A stretch of 64,000 nucleotides of DNA from Deltaproteobacteria bacterium (GCA_029858505.1 JAOUEW010000004.1:2520-66519), one strand, 5' to 3'. Numbered from the stretch's first letter, positions 38,236 through 49,612 are shown. The notes: generated by a model not told the origin, from the sequence alone. Numbers and translations are program-made.

Positions 38236-38380
38236 GGGTCATCATAGGGTATTTCGGGGGGTGGAGGAAAGAACGGGGAGGGGGGACCCTCTTTTCCCCA
38301 CCTTGTTTTTGCCGTAGGCTGATTCTTTGCTCGTTCTGTTTCTCAACATTCTTCCTTTCTCAACTTCCTAAAAAAATCCC

Positions 38381-40165
38381 ATGGCCCGCGAACAGCAAGA
38401 CCCTACGTCTCCCCTTTACAAGATCCGGCATTCCCTGGCCCATGTGCTGGCCCAGGCGGTGCTGGAAATTCGCCCCGGCGCCAAGCTGGGGTTTGGGCCG
38501 CCCATTGAGCACGGCTTCTATTATGACTTTGATCTGGACACCCCCCTGACCCCGGAAGACCTGCCGGAGCTGGAGAAGCGGATGCGGAAGATCATTGGGC
38601 AGAACCAAAAATTCGAGCGGGCCGACCTGCCCGCCGAGGAGATGATCGCCCGGCTGGAGAAAGACGGGGCGGCCTACAAAGCGGAACAAGCCCGCGACCT
38701 GAAGGCCGGCGGTGAGGCCACCTTAAGTTTGTACGCCAATGGGCCCTTCACCGACATGTGCGAGGGACCCCACGTGGAGCATACGGGCAAGATTCCCCCG
38801 GATGCCTTCCGGCTGGACTCGCTGGCGGGGGCCTATTGGAAGGGCAGCGAGAAAAACAAAATGTTGCAGCGGGTGTATGGGCTGGCCTTCTTGAACAAGA
38901 ACGAGTTGAAAGCCTTTGTGGAGCAGCGGGAGCTGGCCAAAGAGCGGGACCACCGCAAGCTGGGGGCCCAGCTGGGGCTGTTCACCATTTCGGAAGAAGT
39001 GGGCAAGGGCCTGCCCCTGTGGATGCCCAACGGCACGGTGATTCGGGAAGAGCTGGAAAAACTGGCCAAAGAAAAAGAATTCGCCCTGGGCTACAAGCGG
39101 GTGGCCACGCCCCACATTACCAAGGAGGGGTTGTTCCTTACGTCGGGTCACTTGCCTCACTACAAAGACAGCATGTTCCCCCCCATGACCGCCGACGGGG
39201 AAACGTTTTACTTAAAGCCCATGAACTGCCCGTTTCACCACATGATCTTTAAAGCCCAGCCCCGCAGTTACCGGGACCTGCCGGTGCGGCTGGCGGAGTA
39301 TGGAACCTGTTACCGCTACGAGCAGTCTGGCGAGTTGTCGGGTTTGCTGCGGGTGCGGGGGCTGGCCATGAACGACGCCCATATTTACTGCACCCCGGAA
39401 CAGGCCAAGGAAGAGTTTGTGCAGGTGATGCGCCTGCACATGGATTACTACGAGCTGTTCGGGCTGAAGGATTATTGGGTGCGGCTGTCTCTGCCGGAAT
39501 TGGGGGAAGGCGGCAAGTACGTGAACGACCCGCAGGCCTGGGAGCAGGCCGAGCGGCTGATGCTGGAGGCCATGGAAGAAGTGGGCATTCCCTACGAATC
39601 GGCCCGGGGCGAGGCGGCCTTTTACGGCCCCAAGATTGACATGCAGATTAAGAACGTGGCCGGGCGGGAGGAAACGGCCTCCACCAACCAGTTGGATCTC
39701 ATCATGGCCCGGCGGTTTGACCTGACTTACATTGGGGCCGACAACCAGCGCCATTACCCCTACATTATTCACCGGGCGCCCCTGGGCACCCACGAGCGGT
39801 TCGTGGCGTTCCTCATCGAGCACTACGGCGGGGCCTTCCCCAGCTGGCTGGCCCCCGAGCAGGTGCGGCTGGTGCCGGTGAACCCGGAGCAAAACGCCTA
39901 CGCCGAAACCCTGGCCGCGACCCTGCGCAAGTCCTTCGTGCGGGCCGAGGTAGACACCACCGCCGAAAGCCTGGGGAAAAAAGTGCGGGAGGGCCAAACC
40001 CAAAAAGTGCCGAACTTGTTTATCGTGGGGGCCAAAGAAGCCGAAGAAGGAAAGGTGGCTTGGCGCCGCCATGGCAGCAAAGACCAAAAGGTGCTTCCGG
40101 TGGCCGACGCCGTGAAAGAACTGCTGGAAGAAATTGCAGAGCGGAGAGACTGGCGGCGGGGGTAA
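38381..40165 (+). CDS. thrS: Threonine--tRNA ligase (lacks N-terminal TGS domain)
   Basis: 594 aa; begins at the region equivalent to E. coli ThrS ~residue 65 (IRHSLAHVL... GFYYDFDL); class II motifs, 'KPMNCPFH'. Confidence 0.92.
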   Translation: MAREQQDPTSPLYKIRHSLAHVLAQAVLEIRPGAKLGFGPPIEHGFYYDFDLDTPLTPEDLPELEKRMRKIIGQNQKFERADLPAEEMIARLEKDGAAYKAEQARDLKAGGEATLSLYANGPFTDMCEGPHVEHTGKIPPDAFRLDSLAGAYWKGSEKNKMLQRVYGLAFLNKNELKAFVEQRELAKERDHRKLGAQLGLFTISEEVGKGLPLWMPNGTVIREELEKLAKEKEFALGYKRVATPHITKEGLFLTSGHLPHYKDSMFPPMTADGETFYLKPMNCPFHHMIFKAQPRSYRDLPVRLAEYGTCYRYEQSGELSGLLRVRGLAMNDAHIYCTPEQAKEEFVQVMRLHMDYYELFGLKDYWVRLSLPELGEGGKYVNDPQAWEQAERLMLEAMEEVGIPYESARGEAAFYGPKIDMQIKNVAGREETASTNQLDLIMARRFDLTYIGADNQRHYPYIIHRAPLGTHERFVAFLIEHYGGAFPSWLAPEQVRLVPVNPEQNAYAETLAATLRKSFVRAEVDTTAESLGKKVREGQTQKVPNLFIVGAKEAEEGKVAWRRHGSKDQKVLPVADAVKELLEEIAERRDWRRG

Positions 40166-40168
40166 ACT

Positions 40169-42046
40169 CTACCCCTCTCCCCGGTTCCACCAGCGGCCCA
40201 GGGCCAGCCAGGCCAGGGGGGCCAGGAACACCGGCAGGTAAAACCACAGCCAGTCTTGGTCTTGGCGGTGAATCACCGGCACATCGCCGGAAGGAATGGG
40301 GCGGGGCAGGGGCCGCCCGTAGGGGGTGCCCTCTAGCAGCCAGTTCATGACCTGGGTGAACAGCGCCCGGTTTCCTTCGTTTTCCAGCAGGGCCCCGGCG
40401 ATGATGTGGGGGTCCCCCACCGCGACCAACCGCCCGCCGAAGGTTTCACCGCTGGGGGTGTTCTTTCTCTGTTCCACCGGGTTGAAACCCCGCGGGTTGA
40501 TTTCCTTGCGGTGAAACGCCAACGTGGCCGCCAGCCAGAAATCTCCGGCGGGCTCGAAGCGGGGGTCTTGGGTCCAATCGGCCCCGGCGGTTTCGGCCCA
40601 GGTGCCGGGCATGGCGCTCAACAATCCCTGAATGTGGGCGGCGGGGTGGTCAGAAGACCCAGCGGCTTTCCAATGAAAACTGCCCGAGGCCTGGGCCACC
40701 ACCGGAAATCGGTTGGGGTCTCCCCGCAGCAGGGTCATGGCCGGATGAGGAGGGAAGTTCACCGTTACCAGCCGCCCATGGTCGGCGGCCTGAAAGGTTT
40801 GCTGGGCGAACAGCCGGGAGTGGGCCAGGGGTGCCGGGGAGTACACCAACCCCATTCCGGCCAGCCAGCCCGCCAGGGGTTGGGCCGTGCCGGGGCGGGA
40901 ATCTGTGGCTGACATGCCACCGGGGCGGGGCGGTGTGACGGGAGACAGCGCCAGCAGCACGCGCCCCCCCTGGGCCAGATAACGGTCCAAGGCCTGTTGT
41001 TCGCCGGGGGTGAAGCGGGCGGTGGGATCGAGAATCACCAACAGGGCGGGGTTTTTTTGGGGCAGGGCGTTCAACTCCCCCGGCTCCAGCTCTTGCAGGG
41101 AGAGGTTCCAGTGCTGGGCCAGCATCTCCAGCCCCACCAGGGAGCGCTCTTGAGACAAGTCGGGTTCCCCCGGCTGGCGGGGGCTGCCCCGCCGCAGGGG
41201 CCACTCCCCATGGCCGCTGGTGAACCCCAACTCCCCCCGGGGGCGGCTCACTTTTTCCAAAGCTCCGCGAAAGTCCAGATCCATTCTCGACAAGGCACTC
41301 TGGGCCTGGTCTCCCTCTCCAATCCACAGCCTCTGGTGAGAGCCCCGGGCCGCCACCACCACCACCCCGTTGGCCAGGGGTCCCCCCGCCAGCCGCTGGG
41401 CTTCTTGGGGCAGGGCCACGGCGTCTACCCGGCGCACCTTCAACCGTGGCGAGACCGCTCCGGCTTGATCCAGGTAGGCCATGGCTTGGCTGCCCTGCTG
41501 GCTGACGGGGGAGAAAAACCCCACGGCTTCCACCGGCTCGGTCAATTGTTCCAGGGCGGCCTGGGTCTCTGGGCTGGGAGAGGTGTCTGGCCGGTGGGCC
41601 AGGTCGGCCCCCCAGGGCAGCTGCGCCAGCACCAGGTACCCGGCCATGGCCGCCGCCAGGCTTAACCCCAGCCCCAACCCGGCCCGGCCATTGTCAGCGT
41701 CTCCCTCGGTTCGTTTCCAGGGCAGGCCGATGATGAGGCAAAACAAAGCCCCCCAACTCAAGGCATCGGCCTCTACAAATCGGCTGGTCATCCACAGGGC
41801 CGCCCCCAGCCCCAGCAATAGTCCTGCCCAGGGATAGCCCAGCCAGGGGAGAGAGACTTCCCGGACCTGAACCCAGGGCAACAGGGCCCCCAGGCCAATC
41901 AGCCCCAGGCCCACCCACAGCAGTCCCTCGGCTGGCAGGCCGGGGGGCATCATTCGCCCCCCCACCCACAGGGCCAGTGCCCCTGCCAGCAGCAGGGGTG
42001 TTCCGCCCCCCAGGGAAAAGCGTTTGTGCTGGGCAAAGGGGGTCAT
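40169..42046 (-). CDS. gldG: GldG-family ABC-2 auxiliary protein with extra N-terminal polytopic membrane region
   Basis: ORF track gives a 946-aa frame; the real start is MTPFAQHKRF (ATG 42044-42046), overlapping the upstream permease stop as ATGA. ~5 N-terminal TM helices, large GldG-like domain, C-terminal TM. Confidence 0.65.
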   Translation of the reverse strand: MTPFAQHKRFSLGGGTPLLLAGALALWVGGRMMPPGLPAEGLLWVGLGLIGLGALLPWVQVREVSLPWLGYPWAGLLLGLGAALWMTSRFVEADALSWGALFCLIIGLPWKRTEGDADNGRAGLGLGLSLAAAMAGYLVLAQLPWGADLAHRPDTSPSPETQAALEQLTEPVEAVGFFSPVSQQGSQAMAYLDQAGAVSPRLKVRRVDAVALPQEAQRLAGGPLANGVVVVAARGSHQRLWIGEGDQAQSALSRMDLDFRGALEKVSRPRGELGFTSGHGEWPLRRGSPRQPGEPDLSQERSLVGLEMLAQHWNLSLQELEPGELNALPQKNPALLVILDPTARFTPGEQQALDRYLAQGGRVLLALSPVTPPRPGGMSATDSRPGTAQPLAGWLAGMGLVYSPAPLAHSRLFAQQTFQAADHGRLVTVNFPPHPAMTLLRGDPNRFPVVAQASGSFHWKAAGSSDHPAAHIQGLLSAMPGTWAETAGADWTQDPRFEPAGDFWLAATLAFHRKEINPRGFNPVEQRKNTPSGETFGGRLVAVGDPHIIAGALLENEGNRALFTQVMNWLLEGTPYGRPLPRPIPSGDVPVIHRQDQDWLWFYLPVFLAPLAWLALGRWWNRGEG

Positions 42047-42807
42047 CGTTTCTCCCGTTGTTGTCGCAGCACCACGGCAGCCCATTCCACCCCCAGCACG
42101 GCCCCCGCCCCATAGAACCACAGATCTTTCAGCCACACTTGCCCCCGGGCAAAGGGGGGAAAGTGCTGCTGATACAGGGCCAGGTGGGCCAAGGCCGTGT
42201 TCAACGGGGGCGCGCTGACCGGCGCGGCCAGCCACAGCACCAGCCACCCCCCGGCCCCCAGGGCGGCAAACACCCCGGCGGTAAGCAGCCCCCGGCCCAG
42301 GGCGCTGGCCGCCAGCGAAACGCCGGTGAGGGCCGCTGCCAACAGCCCCAACCCCAGGTAGCCCGCCAGCAGGTGGCCCGGCGCCACCCGCCCATGCAGA
42401 AACACCAGGGCCGGCAGGTAAGCCGTTAACCCCAGCAGCAGGCCGTGGAAGCCCTGCACCGATAAAAACTTTCCCCACAAAATTTGCCGGGGGGTCACCG
42501 GGGCGGTTTCCAGCAGCACCCAGCTGCCGGTTTGGCGTTCCTCCGCGATCAACCGAAAAGACAGCAGGGGCACCGCCAGCAGGGTCAGCCCGCTGGCCAG
42601 GGTAAAGAAGCTTTCCAACACCACGCTGGAGGGCCGGGCCCCCGGCCCCAGGGCCATGGCGTTGAACAACAACCCGGTGAGAAACAAATAGGCCGCCCCG
42701 GTCCACCACGCCGCCCGGGAGGCAAACAGCCCCGCCAGTTCTCGGCGGGCGATCAGCCAGACGGGGCTCAAGGTCATGGTTTTGGGGCGGGGGTTGGGGC
42801 TGGTCAT
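42043..42807 (-). CDS. gldF: ABC-2 family transporter permease (GldF-like)
   Basis: 254 aa, 6 TM helices; ATG 42805-42807 overlaps the stop of the upstream ATPase (ATGA). Confidence 0.7.
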   Translation of the reverse strand: MTSPNPRPKTMTLSPVWLIARRELAGLFASRAAWWTGAAYLFLTGLLFNAMALGPGARPSSVVLESFFTLASGLTLLAVPLLSFRLIAEERQTGSWVLLETAPVTPRQILWGKFLSVQGFHGLLLGLTAYLPALVFLHGRVAPGHLLAGYLGLGLLAAALTGVSLAASALGRGLLTAGVFAALGAGGWLVLWLAAPVSAPPLNTALAHLALYQQHFPPFARGQVWLKDLWFYGAGAVLGVEWAAVVLRQQREKR

Positions 42808-43748
42808 GAGATCGGCTCTTGGCGGGTGAGCTCCAGAAACAAGGCTTCCAGATCCTGCTCTTCAGCGGCCCCCAGTTCCAGCAGACCCAGGCCAGCCTCC
42901 ACCACCCGCCGGGCGGCTTCTTCCCGCAGGTCTTCCGCCGCGGTGAATTGTACCGCCAGGGCGCCGGGCAGCAGGGGGTGGGGGGAAAGGTCGAACGTTT
43001 GGGAAACAAGGGGTGCCAGGGCTTGGCGCAGCCGAGGCTCGTCTCCCCGCACGGTCAGCCGCAGGGTGTAGCCCTGGTGCCGGGCGGGCAGACTTCCGTT
43101 GGCCAGGCGGGGGTCTTCCACCGCCCGCCCCTTGCACATCAGCACCACTTTGTCGCACAGCTTGGCGGCTTCGGAAAGTTGATGGGTCGACAGCAGCACG
43201 GTGTGCCGCCCCCGCAGAGAGGCAATCAGTTGGCGGAACTGAACGACCTGGGCAGGGTCTAGGCCCGCCATGGGTTCATCCAGCAGCAGCACCGGGGGGC
43301 GGTGCACCAGGGCCTGGGCAATGCCCGCCCGCCGCCGCATTCCATGAGACAACCCGCCGCAGCGCCGCCCCGCCAGGTCGGCCAGCCCCAGGGCGGCCAG
43401 GGTTTCTTCCACCCGCGGGCCGGTTTCTTGTTTGGGCACCCCCCGAAGCCGGGCGGCGAAGGCCAGATAATCGGCCAGACGCATCTCGGCATAGAGGGGC
43501 GGGGTTTCCGGCAGAAACCCCACGGCAGAGCCCAGGGCCAGGGCGCCGCCCGCGGCGTCGAGGCCCGCCACCCGGGCCAGGCCCTGGCCGGGGGCCAGCC
43601 GTCCGGCCAGGATAGACAGGGTGGTGGTTTTGCCCGCCCCGTTGGCCCCCAGCAGCCCGGCGATGGTCCCGGCCTCGACCCGGAAGGTCAGGCCGTTCAG
43701 GGCCCGCACCCTGCCGAATTGTTTTACCAATCCCTGGGTTTCAATCAT
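42804..43748 (-). CDS. gldA: ABC transporter ATP-binding protein (GldA-like)
   Basis: 314 aa; Walker A GANGAGKTT, signature LSHGMRRR, Walker B LLLDEP. Confidence 0.8.
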   Translation of the reverse strand: MIETQGLVKQFGRVRALNGLTFRVEAGTIAGLLGANGAGKTTTLSILAGRLAPGQGLARVAGLDAAGGALALGSAVGFLPETPPLYAEMRLADYLAFAARLRGVPKQETGPRVEETLAALGLADLAGRRCGGLSHGMRRRAGIAQALVHRPPVLLLDEPMAGLDPAQVVQFRQLIASLRGRHTVLLSTHQLSEAAKLCDKVVLMCKGRAVEDPRLANGSLPARHQGYTLRLTVRGDEPRLRQALAPLVSQTFDLSPHPLLPGALAVQFTAAEDLREEAARRVVEAGLGLLELGAAEEQDLEALFLELTRQEPIS

Positions 43749-44062
43749 GGGGCCGGAATTCGAGAGGGCATAGGCCAGTGTTCGGCCCGGAGGGATTTAT
43801 TTTGATTCGTTTGAATATGGATGATTTTATGGGGGGCTTCGCCCTGCCCCCTTGTCACGGACATGTTACGAAACATATCCGACGGAACAAATCTGGAGGA
43901 TGCGCCTGATGATGTTGTGTCCAGAATTTTATTGCCTATGGTTGCCCTGCCTACCCTCGGCAGCGCGGAAGGCGCGGCGGAGATGACGGTGAAAACCCGC
44001 GGATGGCGAGAACACTCTGACCACATGCGACCACAGATGGCTGGAGGCAACCAAAAGACTTG

Positions 44063-44407
44063 TTAGTTGACCTCGGCTTGACCCTTCAGGCTGGCCACCA
44101 GTTGGTCCGGCTGAATCACGCCCCGCTCGGCCAGGCTTTTCAGCATCCACATGGTCACCGACACGGCGGTCTGGGGGTTCATCACCAGCCGGGCTTGCAC
44201 CTCCCGCCGAACGCTCACCGGTTCCAAAATTTCCTTGCCGTCCTCCACCCGCACTTTCACCGTCATGTCGTCGTAGTGAAAATTCACCCGGAACATGTCG
44301 TGCATTCCAAACCCGCCAAAGGCGCCGGTGACCAGTTTGACCGGCAGGGCTTCTGGCAGGTGGATGTCGACCACGGCGTCTTTGGGAGTGGGTGTTTTCT
44401 GGCTCAT
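44063..44407 (-). CDS. Hypothetical protein (DUF3467-like)
   Basis: 114 aa; on the same strand directly downstream of glyA. Confidence 0.5.
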   Translation of the reverse strand: MSQKTPTPKDAVVDIHLPEALPVKLVTGAFGGFGMHDMFRVNFHYDDMTVKVRVEDGKEILEPVSVRREVQARLVMNPQTAVSVTMWMLKSLAERGVIQPDQLVASLKGQAEVN

Positions 44408-44450
44408 GGGGGGTTCCTTTGGGGGTGAGAACAGCGTGAATACGAATCAG

Positions 44451-45752
44451 TTATACCGGTTCGGCCAGACCGGAGGGGCTGGGGAATTTCAAGCACAACG
44501 TCCGCACGTCGTCCCGGATTTTTTCCGGCCCGGCTTCTCCCCGGCCCAGGGCGGCAATCCAGTCGGCGATTTGTTCCATCTGGGGTTCTTTCATCCCCCG
44601 GCTGGTAGCGGCGGGGGTGCCCAGGCGCAGCCCAGAGGGCCGGAAGGGCGGCAGGGTATCGTCGGGGATGGCGTTTTTGTTGGTGGTGATGCCGGCACTT
44701 TCCAGCAGATCTTGCAGCTCCGCCCCGTTCTTGTTGAACGAGGCCACCGCGTTCAGCAGAATCAGGTGGTTGTCGGTGCCGCCGGTGACCAATTGACAGC
44801 CGTGGTGTTTCAACCGGGCGGCCATGGCCTTGGCGTTTTTCACCACCTGCTGCCCGTAGGCTTTGAATTCCGGCGTGCCAGCTTCTTTCAGGGCCACGGC
44901 AATGGCGGCGATTTGGTGCATGTGGGGGCCGCCCTGCAGCCCAGGGAACACCGCCCGGTCGATCAGGGTGGGCAGGTTTTCCAGGGTGCGCTCCGGGGCC
45001 TTGAGGGGGTTGCCCACCTTTCCGCGGGAGAGAATCATGGCCCCCCGGGGGCCCCGCAGGGTTTTGTGGGTGGTGGTGGTCATCACGTGAAAGCCGTGCT
45101 TCAGGGGGTTGGCCAGGGACCCGGCGGCAATCAGCCCGGCCACGTGGGCCATGTCGGCCATGGCCATGGCCCCCACTTTTTGGGCAATGAGCAAAAACCG
45201 GTCATAGTCCAGCTCTCGGGGATAGGCCGAGAACCCGGCCAGAATGATTTTGGGGCGGTGCTCCATGGCCATGGCTTCCAGCTGGCCGTAGTCAATGACT
45301 CCGGTGGAGATGTCTTTCATGCCGTAGCGGATGAAGCGAAAGGCCTTGGCGGCAAAGGTGACCGGCGCGCCGTGGGTGAGGTGACCCCCGTGAGACAGGT
45401 CCATGGCCAGCACGGTGTCGCCCACGTCCATCCAAGAGGAAAAGGCGATGAGGTTGGCGGCGGCCCCAGACAATGGCTGCACGTTGGCGTGGTCGGCCCC
45501 AAACAGGGCCTTGGCCCGTTCGATGGCCAGCGATTCGACCTGGTCGGTGAAGGTTTGCCCCCCGTAATAGCGGCGGCCGGGGGTGCCTTCGGCGTATTTG
45601 TTGGTGAACAGGGTGCCCAGGGCCTCTAGCACGGCCTTCGACACGTAGTTTTCCGAGGGGATAAGTTCCAGCCCTTCCATTTCGCGGCGGGCTTCGCCCC
45701 CCACCATGGCAAATACTTCGGGGTCTTGCTTGGGCAAATAGGTATATTTCAT
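44451..45752 (-). CDS. glyA: Serine hydroxymethyltransferase
   Basis: Start [14 protein letters not shown] (ATG 45750-45752); PLP-lysine region '[13 protein letters not shown]'. Confidence 0.95.
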   Translation of the reverse strand: MKYTYLPKQDPEVFAMVGGEARREMEGLELIPSENYVSKAVLEALGTLFTNKYAEGTPGRRYYGGQTFTDQVESLAIERAKALFGADHANVQPLSGAAANLIAFSSWMDVGDTVLAMDLSHGGHLTHGAPVTFAAKAFRFIRYGMKDISTGVIDYGQLEAMAMEHRPKIILAGFSAYPRELDYDRFLLIAQKVGAMAMADMAHVAGLIAAGSLANPLKHGFHVMTTTTHKTLRGPRGAMILSRGKVGNPLKAPERTLENLPTLIDRAVFPGLQGGPHMHQIAAIAVALKEAGTPEFKAYGQQVVKNAKAMAARLKHHGCQLVTGGTDNHLILLNAVASFNKNGAELQDLLESAGITTNKNAIPDDTLPPFRPSGLRLGTPAATSRGMKEPQMEQIADWIAALGRGEAGPEKIRDDVRTLCLKFPSPSGLAEPV

Positions 45753-45968
45753 GGGTGCGGGCACCAAAGAGAAAGTGGGGAGTGTAGACGCCGATCGCGT
45801 GTACCGCCATTAAACCATGGGGGGGGTAGGGGGTCAATTTTCCGGCCCTGCCCCCCGGGGGCCGGTTGTTCCCCCGTGTTTTCCTGTGGTAACCTGAGTA
45901 AGATTTTTTCAGGCTGTTTCTTGAAAGCCCCCCGTTCGTTCACCAACCCTTGTCACGGCAGGAGCCGG

Positions 45969-48437
45969 ATGTCTGAGCAAAACCCCCTGGTCTCTCCCAT
46001 CCATATCGAAGATGAGATGCGCGTCTCCTACATGGAGTACGCCATGTCGGTCATCATTGGGCGGGCCCTGCCCGATGTGCGCGACGGCTTGAAACCGGTG
46101 CACCGGCGGGTTCTGTTTGCCATGCACGACCAAGGAAACCACCACAACAAGCCCTACCGCAAAAGCGCCAGGGTGGTGGGTGACGTGATCGGTAAATACC
46201 ACCCCCACGGCGATGCCGCGGTGTATGACACCACGGTGCGGATGGCCCAAGATTTCTCCATGCGCTACCTGCTGGTGGACGGCCAGGGAAACTTCGGCAG
46301 CGTGGACGGCGACCCGCCCGCGGCCATGCGCTACACCGAGGTGCGCATGACCAAGCTGGCCCACGAAATGCTGGCCGACATTGACAAAGAAACCGTAGAC
46401 TTTCAGCCGAACTACGACGAAAGCCTGGAAGAGCCCAAGGTGCTGCCCTCCAAGGTGCCAGCCCTGCTACTGAACGGCTCTACCGGTATTGCCGTGGGGA
46501 TGGCCTGCAACATTCCCCCCCACAACCTGGGCGAGCTGATGGACGCCCTGCTGTACTTCATCGACAACGGCGAGCAGACCTCGGCGGCGGACTTGATGGA
46601 CATTCTGCCCGGCCCAGACTTCCCCACCGGGGGAATCATTTTGGGCAACGAGGGCATTTTCGAGGCCTACTCCACCGGCCGGGGCATTTTGAACATCCGG
46701 GCCAAGGCCGAGGTGGAAACCTATTCCAAAGGCGACAAAGAGCGCATCGTCATCACCGAAATTCCCTACATGGTGAACAAGGCCCGGCTGATCGAGCGCA
46801 TTGCCGAACTGGTGAACGAAAAACACATCGAGGGCGTCAGCTACATCCGCGATGAATCCGACCGCACCGGCATGCGGGTGGTGGTGGAAATTAAAAAGGG
46901 CGCCAGCGGAGAAGTGGTGCTGAACAATTTGTACAAGCACACCCAAATGCAAACCTCCTTCGGCATCATCATGCTGGCGGTGGTGGACGGCCAGCCCAAA
47001 ACCCTGTCGCTGCCCCAGGTGCTGCATTATTTCCTGCGCCATCGCATCGAGGTGGTGGAGCGGCGCACGGCCTATGACCTGGGCAAGGCCCAGGCCCGGG
47101 CCCATATTTTAGAGGGCCTCACCATTGCCCTGAAAAACCTGGATCAGGTGATTGAGCGGATCAAAAAAGCCCCCAGCCCTTCCGACGCCCGGGCCGCCTT
47201 GGTGAAAGACTACGGCCTGTCGGAAATTCAAGCCAAAGAAATTTTGGAAATGCGCTTGCAGCGCTTGACCGGGCTGGAACAGCAGAAGATTAAAGACGAA
47301 TACGCCGAGGTGAACAAACTGATTGCCGAGTTGACCGGCATTCTGGCCGACCGGGGCAAGGTGCTGGAGATCATCAAGGGCGAATGGCGCGAGCTGAAAG
47401 CCAAATTCGGCGATGCCCGCCGCACCGAAATTGCCGCCAGCCAGGGAGACATCTCCCACGAAGACCTGATCCCCGAAGAAGACATGGTGGTGTCCATCAG
47501 CCGGATGGGCTACATCAAGCGCACCCCCCTGGCCGTGTACCGCACCCAAAAGCGCGGCGGCAAGGGCAAAGTGGGCATGACCACCCGCGACGAAGACTTT
47601 GTGGAAACCCTGTTCGTGGCGTCTACCCATGCCTCTCTGTTGATCTTCACCTCGGTGGGCAAGGTGTACCTGAAGAAAGTGCACCAAATTCCCATGGTCA
47701 GCCGCACGGGCAAGGGCAAGGCGGTGGTGAACCTGCTGCCTTTGGAGGAAGGCGAAATCGTGCAGGCCTATCTGCCGGTGGACTCGTTTGAGGGCGAAAA
47801 ATACGTGCTGATGGCCACCGAGCGGGGCGTGGTGAAAAAAACCGAACTGGCGGCCTATCAAAAACCCCGCACCGTGGGCATTCGGGCCATTAACATAGAC
47901 GCCGACGACCGCCTGACCCACGCGGTGCTGGTGCAGGGCAAGCAAGAGGTGTTCATGGCCACCTATCAGGGCATGTCGCTGCGCATTGCCCACGAAGACA
48001 TCCGCCCCATTGGACGGGTGGGCCGTGGAGTGATGGGCATGCGCCTGAACGAAGGCGATCACTTGGTGGGGGTGGAGGTGCTGAAAAGCAACGAAGGGTC
48101 CATGCTCACCGTCACCGAAAAAGGCTACGGCAAGAAGAGCGATATCGCCGATTACAAACAGGGCAGCCGCGGCAACAAGGGCGTGTTCACCATTAAAATT
48201 TCCGAGAAAACCGGAAACGTGGTGGGCATTCTGCAAATCGACGAAGCCGATGAGGTGATGCTGGTCACCCGCCTGGGCAAAATGATTCGGCTGCAGTTAG
48301 ACAAAATGCGGGAAATGGGCCGCCTGACCCAAGGCGTGCGCCTGATTAACCTGGAAGAAGACGAACAAGTGGTGGCCATTGCCAAAATCGTGGAAAACGA
48401 TGAGGGAGATGGCGCGGATGACCAGACCATCAATTAG
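45969..48437 (+). CDS. gyrA: DNA gyrase subunit A
   Basis: ATG 45969 ([17 protein letters not shown]...); '[23 protein letters not shown]', active-site Tyr region, GyrA-box in C-terminal beta-pinwheel; 822 aa. Confidence 0.95.
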   Translation: MSEQNPLVSPIHIEDEMRVSYMEYAMSVIIGRALPDVRDGLKPVHRRVLFAMHDQGNHHNKPYRKSARVVGDVIGKYHPHGDAAVYDTTVRMAQDFSMRYLLVDGQGNFGSVDGDPPAAMRYTEVRMTKLAHEMLADIDKETVDFQPNYDESLEEPKVLPSKVPALLLNGSTGIAVGMACNIPPHNLGELMDALLYFIDNGEQTSAADLMDILPGPDFPTGGIILGNEGIFEAYSTGRGILNIRAKAEVETYSKGDKERIVITEIPYMVNKARLIERIAELVNEKHIEGVSYIRDESDRTGMRVVVEIKKGASGEVVLNNLYKHTQMQTSFGIIMLAVVDGQPKTLSLPQVLHYFLRHRIEVVERRTAYDLGKAQARAHILEGLTIALKNLDQVIERIKKAPSPSDARAALVKDYGLSEIQAKEILEMRLQRLTGLEQQKIKDEYAEVNKLIAELTGILADRGKVLEIIKGEWRELKAKFGDARRTEIAASQGDISHEDLIPEEDMVVSISRMGYIKRTPLAVYRTQKRGGKGKVGMTTRDEDFVETLFVASTHASLLIFTSVGKVYLKKVHQIPMVSRTGKGKAVVNLLPLEEGEIVQAYLPVDSFEGEKYVLMATERGVVKKTELAAYQKPRTVGIRAINIDADDRLTHAVLVQGKQEVFMATYQGMSLRIAHEDIRPIGRVGRGVMGMRLNEGDHLVGVEVLKSNEGSMLTVTEKGYGKKSDIADYKQGSRGNKGVFTIKISEKTGNVVGILQIDEADEVMLVTRLGKMIRLQLDKMREMGRLTQGVRLINLEEDEQVVAIAKIVENDEGDGADDQTIN

Positions 48438-48784
48438 GGCAGGTCATGAAAGCCGGGGTTCACCCGCTTGCGGATGGCGCCAAGTGAAAAGTCTCAAGGA
48501 AAGTATCCTGTGAAAGTGCCAGAAGAAGGCGCAAAAAATAGGGCATCATAAAAATGCTGGTTGAACATTCCCCATGAAAGCGACGAATAAGAACCTGCGG
48601 GGGAATAATGCGCGGGGGAAAACGTGTGAGGGATAAGGCGCAGGAAAAATTTTTTAAAAAAAATCGGAATAAAGTTTGGAAAAATATCGTCAAGCCCGCG
48701 GTGTGAATTCATAGGATGTTCACCAACCCCATTCACTCCCTTCAAATCCGAGAAGATGGTTTGAAGGGGAGAAGACCCAATCCC

Positions 48785-49591
48785 ATGGATGTTGCCCGCA
48801 AAAAAACCGTACCCTGGGTTGCCGTGGCCATGGCCCTGCTGCTCGCCGCCTGCCAGGGCGGCTCGGAAGAATACGTGCAGTTTGAGCGGGCCAAGAACAA
48901 ATGGGAGCAAGGCAGCTACCAAGACGCCGCCGGTGAATTTTTGGTGATTGTGCGGGACTACCCCGACACCCCCCTGGCCGAAGAGTCTTTGTACTGGACG
49001 GCGGTGCTTTACCATGAATACCTGAACAGTTTTTCTCAGGCCGAGGAATATTACAATCAACTGCTGGTGCGCTACCCCCAGGGGGCTTACCGCGCCCACG
49101 CCATGGAAGGCCTCGCCTCGCTGTATGAATCGCAGCCCGCCAGCCGCCACCGGGCGGTGCTGCTGTACAAAAAACTCACCCGCGACGACGACCTGGAAAA
49201 CCGCCGGGACTACCTGCTGCTGAAAACTGGCAAATTGCAGTTGGAGCTGGGCAAGCCCCCCCAGGCCCGGCTGGAGTTCCAAACCCTGCTGAAAGATTTT
49301 CCAAATTCTGCCTATGTTCCCCAGACCTATTACCTGATCGGGTATAGCTTTTACCTGGAGGGCCGCGTGAACCCGGCCCTGGTGGCCTTTCGCCAGTTGA
49401 ACAAAGAGTTCCCCGAGGACCCCCTGGCCCCCCAAGCGGTGTTTTTTGAGGCAGACATTTTGGAGGACCAGGGCAACCTAAGAGGGGCTCTGCAAAAATT
49501 CCGGTCGCTGGAAGGGCACTACCACAACTCGGCCATTTTGGAAAAGCGGATTCAAGCGCTGGAAAAACGGATGGAAAAATCGGTGCGGTAA
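48785..49591 (+). CDS. TPR-repeat lipoprotein (BamD/YbgF-like)
   Basis: Start MDVARKKTVPWVAVAMALLLAAC (lipobox LAAC); several TPR repeats. Confidence 0.6.
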   Translation: MDVARKKTVPWVAVAMALLLAACQGGSEEYVQFERAKNKWEQGSYQDAAGEFLVIVRDYPDTPLAEESLYWTAVLYHEYLNSFSQAEEYYNQLLVRYPQGAYRAHAMEGLASLYESQPASRHRAVLLYKKLTRDDDLENRRDYLLLKTGKLQLELGKPPQARLEFQTLLKDFPNSAYVPQTYYLIGYSFYLEGRVNPALVAFRQLNKEFPEDPLAPQAVFFEADILEDQGNLRGALQKFRSLEGHYHNSAILEKRIQALEKRMEKSVR

Positions 49592-49612
49592 ATTCTTTCA
49601 TCAAGGCCCCCC

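Noticed and set aside
37075-38247. 390-aa + ORF opposite oppD/oppF
   Set aside because: Antisense to two genes with Walker and ABC-signature motifs.
42047-43009. N-terminal 321 codons of the 946-aa minus ORF 40169..43009
   Set aside because: Out-of-frame read-through across the gldF-like and gldA-like genes; the real GldG-like start is the ATG at 42044-42046, overlapping the permease stop.
44295-45629. 444-aa + ORF opposite glyA
   Set aside because: Antisense to serine hydroxymethyltransferase.
47109-48236. 375-aa minus ORF inside gyrA
   Set aside because: Antisense of gyrA; His/Gly/Ala-rich.
48438-48784. AT-rich region after gyrA with ORF 48460..48693(-)
   Set aside because: The 77-aa ORF has poor composition (Phe/Leu/Arg-rich) with no RBS. 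The region more likely holds the promoter of the downstream lipoprotein gene; an sRNA cannot be excluded but nothing specific was recognised.
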